From Candidatus Daviesbacteria bacterium (GTDB taxonomy: Bacteria > Patescibacteriota > Microgenomatia > Daviesbacterales > UBA10151), in NCBI GenBank assembly GCA_028687915.1, contig JAQTZF010000001.1:802634-866633 (forward strand): a stretch of 64,000 nt of DNA, read 5' to 3'. The notes beneath the pieces were generated by a model that saw only the letters and a program-made list of their open reading frames with translations, had not been told where the DNA came from and ran no database searches. Positions 19,769 through 29,398 of this stretch are shown one piece after another. Within the stretch, counting starts at the first letter, position 1, and each line of letters opens with the position of its first letter. The translations under genes and the position numbers were made by a program.

Positions 19769-19791
19769 AGGCAGTAATATTATTGTATCAT

Positions 19792-21558
19792 CTACTTTAT
19801 CTGATAGGTACCCTTAACAATTGAGTATGACCCGGATGGACCTGAACTAAAAAAGGGCGAAGAAAGCCCTGTATCATAATTGATTGTAACCCCATTATCC
19901 AACTTTACCTTCCAGGCAGTTAGCTCTGTTAAATGACTGACATTAGCAATATGTGCTATACCTAAACCCGCATATAGTATTCCCTGGCTTGTACTGTTAT
20001 TTACAGACAGAGCAGTCTGACCATTTACCCTGGAATCATAAGTAGTTAATACCATTATGTAACTTCCAGCAGTTCCTGAACCATTTATGTTTACATTATT
20101 TGCCATGGTAATTATTCCATCTACCACAATTACCCCTGATGATTCTGCATAATTTGAATTTAACCTTAATATACTATTGTTATTTAAATCTAAATTACCT
20201 GTAATCCAAATAGGATCATTGATTACCACATTACAACCATTAGCAAATGTAACATTCCCAACATATTTACCTGGTCCAAGAGTTGTTCTGCAACTGCTTA
20301 TATCTCCGGTGTAAACAACAGCATCCTGTGCCCGTTGTTTCCATTCAGAAATATTTCCTTCAGAAACAGGTAAGTTAGCAGGTAAGGGATCAGTGGAATT
20401 TGGATAATATTTAGCTGCAGTAATATTATTCTTAGTTTGATAATACGCAGAACCGGAAATAGCTAAGTTTTCTAAATTGTCAGCATGAGCACTGCCTCCG
20501 ATAGTTACACCAGGAGCCCCAATAATTGAAGTTACAACACCTCCCATATATGTTTTAAAATCAAGGTCATAAAGGGCAGAGGTCCAGACTGGATTTCTAA
20601 CAGACCAATTAGAAGACCAGGCTGTATTACCTCTGGTATAAGATTGTAAGGAATCAGCTGACCAAACCCAATAATTGCTATTATTAGATGAAGTATCCAG
20701 CATAATCCAATATGTAGTATCTAAAGAGAGACTAACAGGAGAATTAAATGTAATATCTACCCAATTATAGCTAGTGGTGACTAAATTTGCAGTTAAAGTA
20801 CCTGTTGTTAAAACATTACCTTTATCTGGTTTACCACCACTATCAGCCATTAACCGGACAACAATATCCGAAGGAGTACCAACCTTCTTAAGCCTTAACG
20901 ATATTTTATTAATATTACCGCTTATACTCGGTTTAAAACTTTGAGCAACATCCAATACATCATTTCCGGCAATGTTTTTCCCAAAAGTATAATCACTACA
21001 ACTTGGGCTGCTACAAATATTTTGCTGATCAGATAGAGGAGCGGTGCCACCGGCAACAAAAACATCACCGGTAATAAAGGCATTATTACTCATTGAAATA
21101 TTGCCATTTGAATAAACAGATCCATTAATACTGCTATTATTCTCCATCTCAAAGCCACCTTCTCCTACCAAAACACCATAATTAAAAGCATACCCCACAC
21201 CTTTGGAAGCAGTAATCTTTACTGTTTTTTGAGATTTTGGATTTTGCTTAGAAGGATAATAGCCAGTTGATTCAATAATTTTAGATGACTGATTAGGGCT
21301 GGTTACTTTAATAGAAACAGATCCATTATCTAAATTTAATTCTGTATCACCTGAATAAGAGCCCCCAAGGTTTAAAGAAGCCAGCGCCTTATCAACACCA
21401 GCTTCTGCTAAGTCTACTGCGTGAGTAGACTGAACAGAATAATATGTATTTTGAGAGTAAATATTTGCTCCGCCAATAATTGCCAAAGAGTTTAATAAGA
21501 CTAAACCTACAACAATAATTGCCAATACTAATACTTGTCCGGATTCACTTTTTTTCAT
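19792..21558 (-). CDS. PilX-like large minor pilin with an inserted beta-sandwich domain
   Basis: SGQVLVL leader without Glu5 and LAEAGVD; VAQSF..ISLRLKK..YWI domain; beta-helix-like repeats. Confidence 0.7.
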   Translation of the reverse strand: MKKSESGQVLVLAIIVVGLVLLNSLAIIGGANIYSQNTYYSVQSTHAVDLAEAGVDKALASLNLGGSYSGDTELNLDNGSVSIKVTSPNQSSKIIESTGYYPSKQNPKSQKTVKITASKGVGYAFNYGVLVGEGGFEMENNSSINGSVYSNGNISMSNNAFITGDVFVAGGTAPLSDQQNICSSPSCSDYTFGKNIAGNDVLDVAQSFKPSISGNINKISLRLKKVGTPSDIVVRLMADSGGKPDKGNVLTTGTLTANLVTTSYNWVDITFNSPVSLSLDTTYWIMLDTSSNNSNYWVWSADSLQSYTRGNTAWSSNWSVRNPVWTSALYDLDFKTYMGGVVTSIIGAPGVTIGGSAHADNLENLAISGSAYYQTKNNITAAKYYPNSTDPLPANLPVSEGNISEWKQRAQDAVVYTGDISSCRTTLGPGKYVGNVTFANGCNVVINDPIWITGNLDLNNNSILRLNSNYAESSGVIVVDGIITMANNVNINGSGTAGSYIMVLTTYDSRVNGQTALSVNNSTSQGILYAGLGIAHIANVSHLTELTAWKVKLDNGVTINYDTGLSSPFFSSGPSGSYSIVKGTYQIK

Positions 21559-22121
21559 ATATTCCTTAAGTTTGTTACTATTATTGAACTTCTGGATTTA
21601 TCAGAAACATTACTTCCGGGCAAAACAGTTATTTGAGTTTTAACTTTTTCTGCTGAAGTTGCAGTAACAATGTTATCGTTTTTATCAAGATATATAAACT
21701 CTACCGACTGCAAAATACTACTTAAAACTCTGTTTTGACTACTTCTGTCGCTTAAAGCATCAGGAAAAATATACTCCCAAAGCAAATTAGTTTTTGCATT
21801 ATCTTTTGTAAAAACTACATAATCATACGTATTAGCAATTACACCCAAAGCATTAAAGGCAGGAACTTTTAACACTAAAGTAGTACTGTTTGAAATATAC
21901 GTTGGAGAAACATCTGGATATCCACTAACCACTGACGATGCCTGACGAGTAAAGTTTTCAATTTCATGAATTGCATCATTAGTATTTAAACCGGATGTTA
22001 CCAAAGAACTCTGACTGTTATATATACCTGTATTATTAACTAAAATACCAGCCAGAACTGTACCAACTATTAAGAATATAGCTGTTACTATTAAAATCTC
22101 CACCAATGTAAATCCTTTCAT
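21555..22121 (-). CDS. Minor pilin (PilW-like)
   Basis: KG/FTLVEILIV class III signal. Confidence 0.8.
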   Translation of the reverse strand: MKGFTLVEILIVTAIFLIVGTVLAGILVNNTGIYNSQSSLVTSGLNTNDAIHEIENFTRQASSVVSGYPDVSPTYISNSTTLVLKVPAFNALGVIANTYDYVVFTKDNAKTNLLWEYIFPDALSDRSSQNRVLSSILQSVEFIYLDKNDNIVTATSAEKVKTQITVLPGSNVSDKSRSSIIVTNLRNI

Positions 22122-22522
22122 TGACCTATTCCTCCTTCAGTAACCAAAGTTTCTAAACTTAATTCTTTAGTTTGCCCTTGTTCCTGCCAATTAATTTTAA
22201 CTTTAACTTTTTTTGCCTCTTCTCCGGATAAGCATACAGTTACAGGACAATCATCTATTTCGTATTCAGCTATGGAAGAGGGGAGCTTGGATAAGCTAAC
22301 ATCACTAAATGAGTTGGATCCATTTGATAAACTTTCATAAGGTTGTTTTCTAAAATAATCCAATTCTTTACTGGCAATTTCCCTGGCTAAAGAAACATTT
22401 CCACTGTGACTAATACTTTGAATAGAAGAGGGGAGAGAGGAAACAATTATTGCCAACACTGCAATTGCTCCAATCACTAAAATAAGCTCAATCAAAGAAA
22501 TTCCGCGCTCGTGGTTTCTCAT
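22118..22522 (-). CDS. Minor pilin (PilV-like)
   Basis: RG/ISLIELILV; C-terminal KVKVKINW..ETLV. Confidence 0.8.
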   Translation of the reverse strand: MRNHERGISLIELILVIGAIAVLAIIVSSLPSSIQSISHSGNVSLAREIASKELDYFRKQPYESLSNGSNSFSDVSLSKLPSSIAEYEIDDCPVTVCLSGEEAKKVKVKINWQEQGQTKELSLETLVTEGGIGQ

Positions 22523-23466
22523 TATTTAGTTAAATTATTTGCAGAAAATAAAACATAATCAAAGAAAAACGGCATTACGTTTTTATAACTTGTTACTTTA
22601 AGAGTTCTTTTTACTTCTCCGGAAGTACCATCAGAAGAATAAACAGTTGCCTGTTTAGGGAAAGAAGCTTCAGCAGTTGTTTCTGGCTTTAAAGCCACAT
22701 CATGATCAAGCTCTGAGTATAAGATTCTTACTCTGACTACAACCGGAAAAACAGTATCCGAATTTATAAAAGGTAGGGTAAATGTGGCTTTGCAATAATA
22801 ATCTTTTGAAGTTCCATCATTAATGTATGTTGTTGTATTTGTGTGATCACAACCACTAAATCCAGAACCTGCACGAAGCGGAGTAGGAACAAAACCATCT
22901 CTGTCTAAAAAAGAATCATAGTATTTTCTTGATGATTTATACTGCCCAGCTGTATTATCCCAATATATAACAGTAATCTCTATAGCAGGTTGATTATCAA
23001 GATTCCCAGGGGGAGAGGGGCGATAATTTGCATTAGGATCTCCAAAATAAAGATCAAATGAATTCCCGGTATATTTTTGAACAGTAATATTATTTGGATC
23101 TGCTAACCAAAATTGAGCAAAATTTCGTTTAGTTAAAGGCTCATCCCAGGCCAAAGCATAATTAGAAGCAGCAGGAATACTCATACCTGTAACTGCTCCT
23201 GCTGCCTGATTATTGCTTGAACTAAAGCCTGTCACCGGAAGATAAGTTCCTCCAATATTATTCTCATTAGCCTTCATTGCTCTTTCTATTGCAGCTTCTG
23301 CTGCAGAAAAAGCCCGGGACGAATCCTCACTTTTTCTTGATGTAGAAACCTCTAAAATACTTCTGCCAATAGTTGATAAACCAATAGCTAAAGCTACCAC
23401 CATGATCAGTAGTAATAAAATTACCACTTGTCCGGAACTATTCTGTTTAAAGGCTTGTTTATTCAT
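22522..23466 (-). CDS. PilX-like minor pilin
   Basis: SG/QVVILLLL leader without Glu5; RAFSAAEAAIE. Confidence 0.75.
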   Translation of the reverse strand: MNKQAFKQNSSGQVVILLLLIMVVALAIGLSTIGRSILEVSTSRKSEDSSRAFSAAEAAIERAMKANENNIGGTYLPVTGFSSSNNQAAGAVTGMSIPAASNYALAWDEPLTKRNFAQFWLADPNNITVQKYTGNSFDLYFGDPNANYRPSPPGNLDNQPAIEITVIYWDNTAGQYKSSRKYYDSFLDRDGFVPTPLRAGSGFSGCDHTNTTTYINDGTSKDYYCKATFTLPFINSDTVFPVVVRVRILYSELDHDVALKPETTAEASFPKQATVYSSDGTSGEVKRTLKVTSYKNVMPFFFDYVLFSANNLTK

Positions 23467-23468
23467 GT

Positions 23469-24197
23469 TTATCTGGAAATACCTCTTACTTGTACAGATG
23501 TTGAAAAAGGTATTCCACCTTCTACTACAGTAACATCATATGCGTATCCTGCAGAGACACCAGCTGAAGCATTAAATTTAACAAGTATATTGTCACCGTT
23601 TTTCTTAAATACATCTTCAAAAGTTCCTAAGCCAAGTGGGGTATAGCTTACTGAAACTCCGTTTACAGGGTCTGAATCAGTCAGGGATTGCTTATAATTA
23701 GTCCCACCGGTAATAAAATCCTGTGAAGAACAAAGACTAGAATCAAGAGTACCATCTGCTAAATCAGATCTGATAAAACTTATTTTTTGAATTTTACCAT
23801 TACTTGGAGGAGTACTCGTTAAATTTGGCGGAATAAATCTAAATTGAGTATAAGTCCCACCATTTGTTACCACTATAGTATTATTTACAACATTACTATC
23901 TGCAGCATCTATAAATTTTCCAACACAAACCACTCCATCAGCATTCCTAATTTCATTTGATAACTGATCCAAAACAACCTGACCATTTTGCTTAACTTGA
24001 TTTATAGCCTTAACTTTATTCCTTCCCCTTAAAGCATCAATTAGAATATTGGTAAAAATTACCCCTAAAATTACCATAATTGAAACAACTACTAAAAGTT
24101 CAATAATGGTGAAGCCATTACAAGATCTCCGACTTCGTCGGAACAGACCTATTATAGTAAATCCTTTAGAATTTTCTTCTTTATAAAATGCAGTCAT
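23469..24197 (-). CDS. Minor pilin (PilW-like) with a palindromic insertion in the leader
   Basis: NG/FTIIELLVV; start set at ATG 24197, overlapping the upstream stop. Confidence 0.75.
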   Translation of the reverse strand: MTAFYKEENSKGFTIIGLFRRSRRSCNGFTIIELLVVVSIMVILGVIFTNILIDALRGRNKVKAINQVKQNGQVVLDQLSNEIRNADGVVCVGKFIDAADSNVVNNTIVVTNGGTYTQFRFIPPNLTSTPPSNGKIQKISFIRSDLADGTLDSSLCSSQDFITGGTNYKQSLTDSDPVNGVSVSYTPLGLGTFEDVFKKNGDNILVKFNASAGVSAGYAYDVTVVEGGIPFSTSVQVRGISR

Positions 24198-24696
24198 AAT
24201 TTGGTTTAGTAATAATTGTCTCCAGGGTTGAATTATGATCTCCTGATGAATCACTCCAACTAATTATTGCAGTTACAGCAACCTCATTTGGAAAAGGTTG
24301 AGTTACTTTAATCTGTCTTAAAAATGACCCTGTTAAACTAACCACTGATGAAGCTAAAGTAACTTTGTTTAAAACAGTCCCAGTATTATTGAGGGAATAA
24401 TAACAATAACCACCAGCTCCACAATATAAAGGGTCACCAACACCTCCCCATAATTTGTTAAAGCAATAATATGTACCATCATCATTAATAGTACTCTCCT
24501 TATTATTATCTCTGAGTATTCTAATTCTATCAATTGTATCTTGAGCGTATTTAGTTGCCTGTGTCTGGTTTTGCGCAAATTGGGCATTCTTTAAGCTATT
24601 TAAAATAATAGCTATTAAGGCAATAATCATGATGGCAGAAACCACGCCTACCACTAGTACCTCAATTAAACTTTGTCCTGATTGTTTAGTATCCAT
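24181..24696 (-). CDS. Minor pilin (PilV-like)
   Basis: MDTKQSG/QSLIEVLV; C-terminal VTAIISW..ETIIT. Confidence 0.78.
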   Translation of the reverse strand: MDTKQSGQSLIEVLVVGVVSAIMIIALIAIILNSLKNAQFAQNQTQATKYAQDTIDRIRILRDNNKESTINDDGTYYCFNKLWGGVGDPLYCGAGGYCYYSLNNTGTVLNKVTLASSVVSLTGSFLRQIKVTQPFPNEVAVTAIISWSDSSGDHNSTLETIITKPNYDCIL

Positions 24697-26245
24697 AAAC
24701 TTGGAATTCATATAACGAGTAGCCATAAGTCGTTCCTCTGGCAGTCCCATACATTCTCACATATCTGCCTACACCAGAAACATTTAATGTCTCATTCCCA
24801 CCAACACCATTTGGTTGGGTATAGATAGTTGTCCAGTTAATTGCATCATCTGAAGTCTGAATTGTGTAATTTCTACCATAAGCAGCTTCCCAATACAATT
24901 TTATCTGCGTTATGGTGCTTGTAACTCCTAAATCTACATAAATCCATTGGGGATCACTATATGCTGAGGACCAGCGTGAAGTTGTAAGATCATTATCTAC
25001 AGCTTTAGCGCCTTCATGCCCTCCATAATCAATACTTGAAACAGTAGTTATTTTATTTAATGAGATATTTGTGCTGGCAGGAGTAGGGGTGGGGGTAGGA
25101 GGTGGTGTTGATGTTGGCGTAGGTGCTGGTGTGCCTGCAGCTCCATATACTTCAAATTCATACAATGAATAACCATAAATCGTGCCCCTGGCAGTTCCAT
25201 ACATTCTAATATATCTACCGTTGCCAATTGCATTAATTGTATCCACACCACCATCACCATTTACTTGTGTGTAAATCGTTGTCCAATTAGTTGCATCCGG
25301 CGATGTTTGAATCAAATAATCCTTGCCATTTGCAGTTTCCCACCTGAGTATAACCTGAGAAATATCATAACTTGCACCTAAATCTACATAAATCCATTGG
25401 GGATCACTCCACGCAGACGCCCATCTGCTCGTACCAACCCCATCAACAGCTTTGGAACCATTGCTTGAGGAACTTTCGTCCGAAGATGTTGTTGTTATTC
25501 TATTTAAAGCCAGGTTTGCCCCTGCTGGAGGCGGAGTAGCCGTAGGGGTGGGAATAGAGGTAGTAGTTGGTGATGCAGTAGGAGCGGCTGAAGAAGTAGG
25601 CGTTACAGAGGGGGTTGCTGTTGGGGTTGGCGTTGGAGTTGGTGATGAAACAGGAATAGTAATGCCAACAGGAAGATGATCTGTTGTATTTACAAAAACA
25701 GGGCCTCCTTTTTCCACTATTACATTTCTTACATTATTTGTCCCCTGTAATCCAAGTGTTACTTCCAGATATTTATTAGTTGTATCCGTACAACCACTAC
25801 TTGAATCATATAAATGCACTTCAGAGCTAATATTAGTATATCTAACTTGTGCGTTACTGGGCTCACATGGAGTACCACCAACACTTTCCTTAAAACTTAT
25901 CTTATAAATAACTACACCCTGAGGTAAAGGTGTTTCTTGAGCAACAGGAGCTGTACCTACACAATTAGCTAAAAGAGAATAGGAATTATTAGAACCTTCA
26001 GTACTATCTAAACTTACATACCAATAATTTGCTTTACTTACGCTGGCACCGTTTTTACATTGGGTACCAGTTTGAGCATTATTTTGAGCTTGACGTAAGA
26101 CTACCTGAAGCTGATTGGCGGCTTCACTTAATTTTTGATTTTTGCTGTAGTCATTGTAACTTGGCACAGCAACCACTGTTAGGATTGAGATAATACCAAT
26201 AACTATGATTAACTCAATAAGAGTGAAACCCTTTATTCCCCACAT
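24686..26245 (-). CDS. FimU-like pilin fused via a PT linker to two F5/8 type C (discoidin/CBM32) domains
   Basis: KG/FTLIELIIV; (PT)n linkers; two copies of KAVD..SRW.S..SDPQWIYVDLG..GRY.RMYGTARGT.YGYSLYEF.VYG. Confidence 0.88.
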   Translation of the reverse strand: MWGIKGFTLIELIIVIGIISILTVVAVPSYNDYSKNQKLSEAANQLQVVLRQAQNNAQTGTQCKNGASVSKANYWYVSLDSTEGSNNSYSLLANCVGTAPVAQETPLPQGVVIYKISFKESVGGTPCEPSNAQVRYTNISSEVHLYDSSSGCTDTTNKYLEVTLGLQGTNNVRNVIVEKGGPVFVNTTDHLPVGITIPVSSPTPTPTPTATPSVTPTSSAAPTASPTTTSIPTPTATPPPAGANLALNRITTTSSDESSSSNGSKAVDGVGTSRWASAWSDPQWIYVDLGASYDISQVILRWETANGKDYLIQTSPDATNWTTIYTQVNGDGGVDTINAIGNGRYIRMYGTARGTIYGYSLYEFEVYGAAGTPAPTPTSTPPPTPTPTPASTNISLNKITTVSSIDYGGHEGAKAVDNDLTTSRWSSAYSDPQWIYVDLGVTSTITQIKLYWEAAYGRNYTIQTSDDAINWTTIYTQPNGVGGNETLNVSGVGRYVRMYGTARGTTYGYSLYEFQVYGY

Positions 26246-26280
26246 ATATTAAACGTATCAACTTTTAGCAAAATTAGCAA

Positions 26281-26763
26281 TTATTGAGAAGAAATACCCA
26301 TGTCACAATCTCCTCCACAACTGGATAATGGAACCAGGCTGGTATTTGCACAATCAATATTCGTATAAGTACTCTCTGAACCATCTTTTTTTGCACAAAG
26401 AACAAAACCAGTACAGGCTGTTGCCTGGGAAGTATTATTACAGCTTACCGGAGTTGCTGCATAAAAGTATCGCTTGTTGGGATTTATATCAATTGGAATC
26501 TGACTTAAATAAATTCGACTTCCATCATCAGAATCTAAGGGAGCAGTAATATCAGCTAAGTTTAAATCACCTGTAGCAGGGTATTTATGTTCATCGCTTC
26601 TATAAAGTTCTAAGGCTTGCTTTACTACCTGTAAATCCTTAATTCTTTGTCCATCTCTGACTTTAGCAGTAACACCACTATAAACAGCAAAACCAACAGT
26701 TGCCATAATAGCAAGAATTGATATAACCACAAGGAGTTCAATTACAGTAAAACCTCTTTTCAT
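26281..26763 (-). CDS. GspG-like pilin
   Basis: MKRG/FTVIELLVV and RDGQRIKDL..ALELYRSD..YP. Confidence 0.82.
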   Translation of the reverse strand: MKRGFTVIELLVVISILAIMATVGFAVYSGVTAKVRDGQRIKDLQVVKQALELYRSDEHKYPATGDLNLADITAPLDSDDGSRIYLSQIPIDINPNKRYFYAATPVSCNNTSQATACTGFVLCAKKDGSESTYTNIDCANTSLVPLSSCGGDCDMGISSQ

Positions 26764-27260
26764 GGTGCTTGAACTTGATAAGTTGATGCGGGAGCTGATA
26801 CCGGTGCTGTAGAGCATAGAGAGAGGGAGGGTGTAGTAGCGTTTGAACTATTCTCTAATGTTGCATATAAACAGTAATTTATACAACGAGTAGTAGTGTT
26901 ATCACAAGAGACAACTGATGGCCCAGTAACATTAGAGGCTGTATAAGAATATGTTCCTGAAGCAGGAAGTGGCATTTTTGAAATATATACTTTTGATCCA
27001 AAAGAAATAGTACTACTGCTTGTAAAGGTAATACTGGCAGTAGTAGGGTAATAACCTTGATCAGCATGGTATTGTTCTAAGGCAGACTGGATAGTTGAAA
27101 TATCAGATTTTCTCTTATTATCCCTAGCATTTTTTTGAAGGTTTTGAAAAGAAATAATTGCAATAGTCATTAAAACAGCTAAGATAGAAATTGTTACTAA
27201 TAGCTCTATAAGAGTGAAGCCTTTACTTCTCGCTTGTGCACTAAACCCCTTTTCCCTCAT
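26760..27260 (-). CDS. GspG-like pilin
   Basis: KG/FTLIELLV and ARDNKRKSDI..ALEQYHAD..YP. Confidence 0.82.
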   Translation of the reverse strand: MREKGFSAQARSKGFTLIELLVTISILAVLMTIAIISFQNLQKNARDNKRKSDISTIQSALEQYHADQGYYPTTASITFTSSSTISFGSKVYISKMPLPASGTYSYTASNVTGPSVVSCDNTTTRCINYCLYATLENSSNATTPSLSLCSTAPVSAPASTYQVQAP

Positions 27261-27287
27261 ATATTTACAATATCATATTTAATGAGA

Positions 27288-28931
27288 TTATTTTAGACTT
27301 ACCTTGTATAAGTTACATTTACCATCACATCCATCTGCTACTTTATCCAGACGAAAGTAATAATTAATTTTCATTAAGTCAAAAGAATATACAAAGTTCG
27401 GATCAGTTTTAAATGCAGAAACATATAGTGAATAGCCAGAATTTAAATACTTTCTATATAAGTTTATCAAGTCAGAGTAGTCATCTGTTCCCCATGCAGC
27501 ATCCGCAATACCCATAAACACCTGTCTTTGTGATAACGGTAGTAACTTATAATTAGGTTTTTCATAATAATCAAATAAATAAGGGGGAATTACAGATATA
27601 ATAACTACCTTTTTACTGTTTGTTAAACCTTTAAAGCTACTATTCAATGTTTTTATCACAAGTCGGTTAGAATCGCCTTTAATTAAGTTGTTTTTACCGG
27701 TTAATTCATTAACTACAGGTGGCACCTGACTAAAGAGAATGAAGCCTGCAATAATAACTGCGGTTAAGTATATTAAATATAATTTATCTTTACCTTGAAA
27801 AAAAATCCATAACCGATCTACAAAAATTGCAAAACTTAAAATAAGTACAGGAATAACAAAGAATATATACCTACCCTCTACAATGTAAAAAAATAAACAA
27901 AAAATCAAAGTACTCATAAATGTTAATAAAAAGTACGATGTAATAAGTCTATACTCTTTATTAAAGGGATTAAGAAACAAACCAATTAAACCAAGCATCC
28001 CAATAATAGGGGATGCAATAATTAAACCTTGCCCTGCTGTAGTTAATTCTCCACCTAATATACCTGCCAAATATTGATAAAGGTTAAAGTCGATATTTGC
28101 AATATCCATATAGCCAACAAGAGGCAGACTAAGCTGACTAGAACCAGTTACACCGAAATTAAAAAAACGGAATATATCAGATAGCGGCCATATATGAGAG
28201 CCTTTAGTGTAATATTCAATTAAATCAAAAAATAATAAGGGAACAGTAATAGAAAGGATAAAGATAAACAAACTAGTAATTAGTTTCTTTTTATTTTTAA
28301 TTGATAAAGATATTTTTAAAAAATAACTAGCTGCTAATATACCGCTAACTATAATTTCAACGTATTTTGTAGCATAAAGACAAATTACAACCAAACCAGC
28401 TACAATTATATTTCGTTTATTTACTTCACTTATTAATAACCAAACGGACAAAAGATATAAAAACAAAAATAAGTTCTCTGCCATTGCAGCAGAGGGATAC
28501 CAGTACAAAGCAATATTTGTACAAAAAGCAAAGAATGAAAGCACTTTTAATATAGGATTTAGTTTAAGCTTAGATAATAAAAGGTAGAATAAAACTGCCG
28601 AAAGCAAGCTTAATACAACATTTGCAAAATAATATGTTCGGGCATCATTATTAATAAGATAATAAGGAGCTAAATACAAAGAATAGAGTGGGGGTACTGC
28701 CGCGCTTGCTGACCTACCTTCATAATATAAGTTTAAGCCAAAGCCTAAAGCTAAACTACGAGCAGGAGTAACATAATGAATTGCATCAGGTAAAGGTAAA
28801 AAATCTGAAATAATATTCTCATCCGAATAAGGATTCTTCAGAAGAAGCAAAAATAATAAGAAAATAATTAACAGGATTAAAACCGAACTTATTTCATAAC
28901 GAAATTTATATAAAAAGGAGAACAATTTCAA
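27288..28931 (-). CDS. GT-C fold membrane glycosyltransferase (PMT/ArnT-like)
   Basis: Many TM helices; PDAIHY..ARSL, PPLYSLYLA, ENL and EGRY motifs. Confidence 0.65.
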   Translation of the reverse strand: MKLFSFLYKFRYEISSVLILLIIFLLFLLLLKNPYSDENIISDFLPLPDAIHYVTPARSLALGFGLNLYYEGRSASAAVPPLYSLYLAPYYLINNDARTYYFANVVLSLLSAVLFYLLLSKLKLNPILKVLSFFAFCTNIALYWYPSAAMAENLFLFLYLLSVWLLISEVNKRNIIVAGLVVICLYATKYVEIIVSGILAASYFLKISLSIKNKKKLITSLFIFILSITVPLLFFDLIEYYTKGSHIWPLSDIFRFFNFGVTGSSQLSLPLVGYMDIANIDFNLYQYLAGILGGELTTAGQGLIIASPIIGMLGLIGLFLNPFNKEYRLITSYFLLTFMSTLIFCLFFYIVEGRYIFFVIPVLILSFAIFVDRLWIFFQGKDKLYLIYLTAVIIAGFILFSQVPPVVNELTGKNNLIKGDSNRLVIKTLNSSFKGLTNSKKVVIISVIPPYLFDYYEKPNYKLLPLSQRQVFMGIADAAWGTDDYSDLINLYRKYLNSGYSLYVSAFKTDPNFVYSFDLMKINYYFRLDKVADGCDGKCNLYKVSLK

Positions 28932-28939
28932 TATCTTCT

Positions 28940-29395
28940 TTAATTAGCTTGCGTTGAGGAACAAACCACCTGTGGTGATACTGTAGTATCTTCTAATGAA
29001 GCACAAACTCTGATTTTGGCAGCACCAGCTGCGGGTACACCATTGCCCATAACAGCCCAACTTCCAGAACAACCACCTGTTGCCCAGGCTGTTGGATCAG
29101 TAGCAAAAGCTGCTCCGCTAGAAGCTGCTGTTGTTACACAGTAATTCTTACCTGTAACTGGATCAGTAGGTACCTTACCAGGAGTAAACAAAGTATCAAC
29201 TAACGCAGGGAATACGGCATTATCAGCTCCTTTTGCTACATCTAATGCTTTTGTTACTTCATGTACATCAGATCTTCTTTTTGCGTCTCTGCCTTTGCTT
29301 TGAACACTTGAGAAAACTGCCATACCAATTGTTGCAAGAATTGCTAAAATTGCGATAACTACCAGAAGTTCAATTAAGGTAAAACCTTTTTTCAT
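28940..29395 (-). CDS. Type IV pilin (tandem copy B)
   Basis: KG/FTLIELLVVIAI; near-identical to 29399..29884. Confidence 0.88.
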   Translation of the reverse strand: MKKGFTLIELLVVIAILAILATIGMAVFSSVQSKGRDAKRRSDVHEVTKALDVAKGADNAVFPALVDTLFTPGKVPTDPVTGKNYCVTTAASSGAAFATDPTAWATGGCSGSWAVMGNGVPAAGAAKIRVCASLEDTTVSPQVVCSSTQAN

Positions 29396-29398
29396 GCT

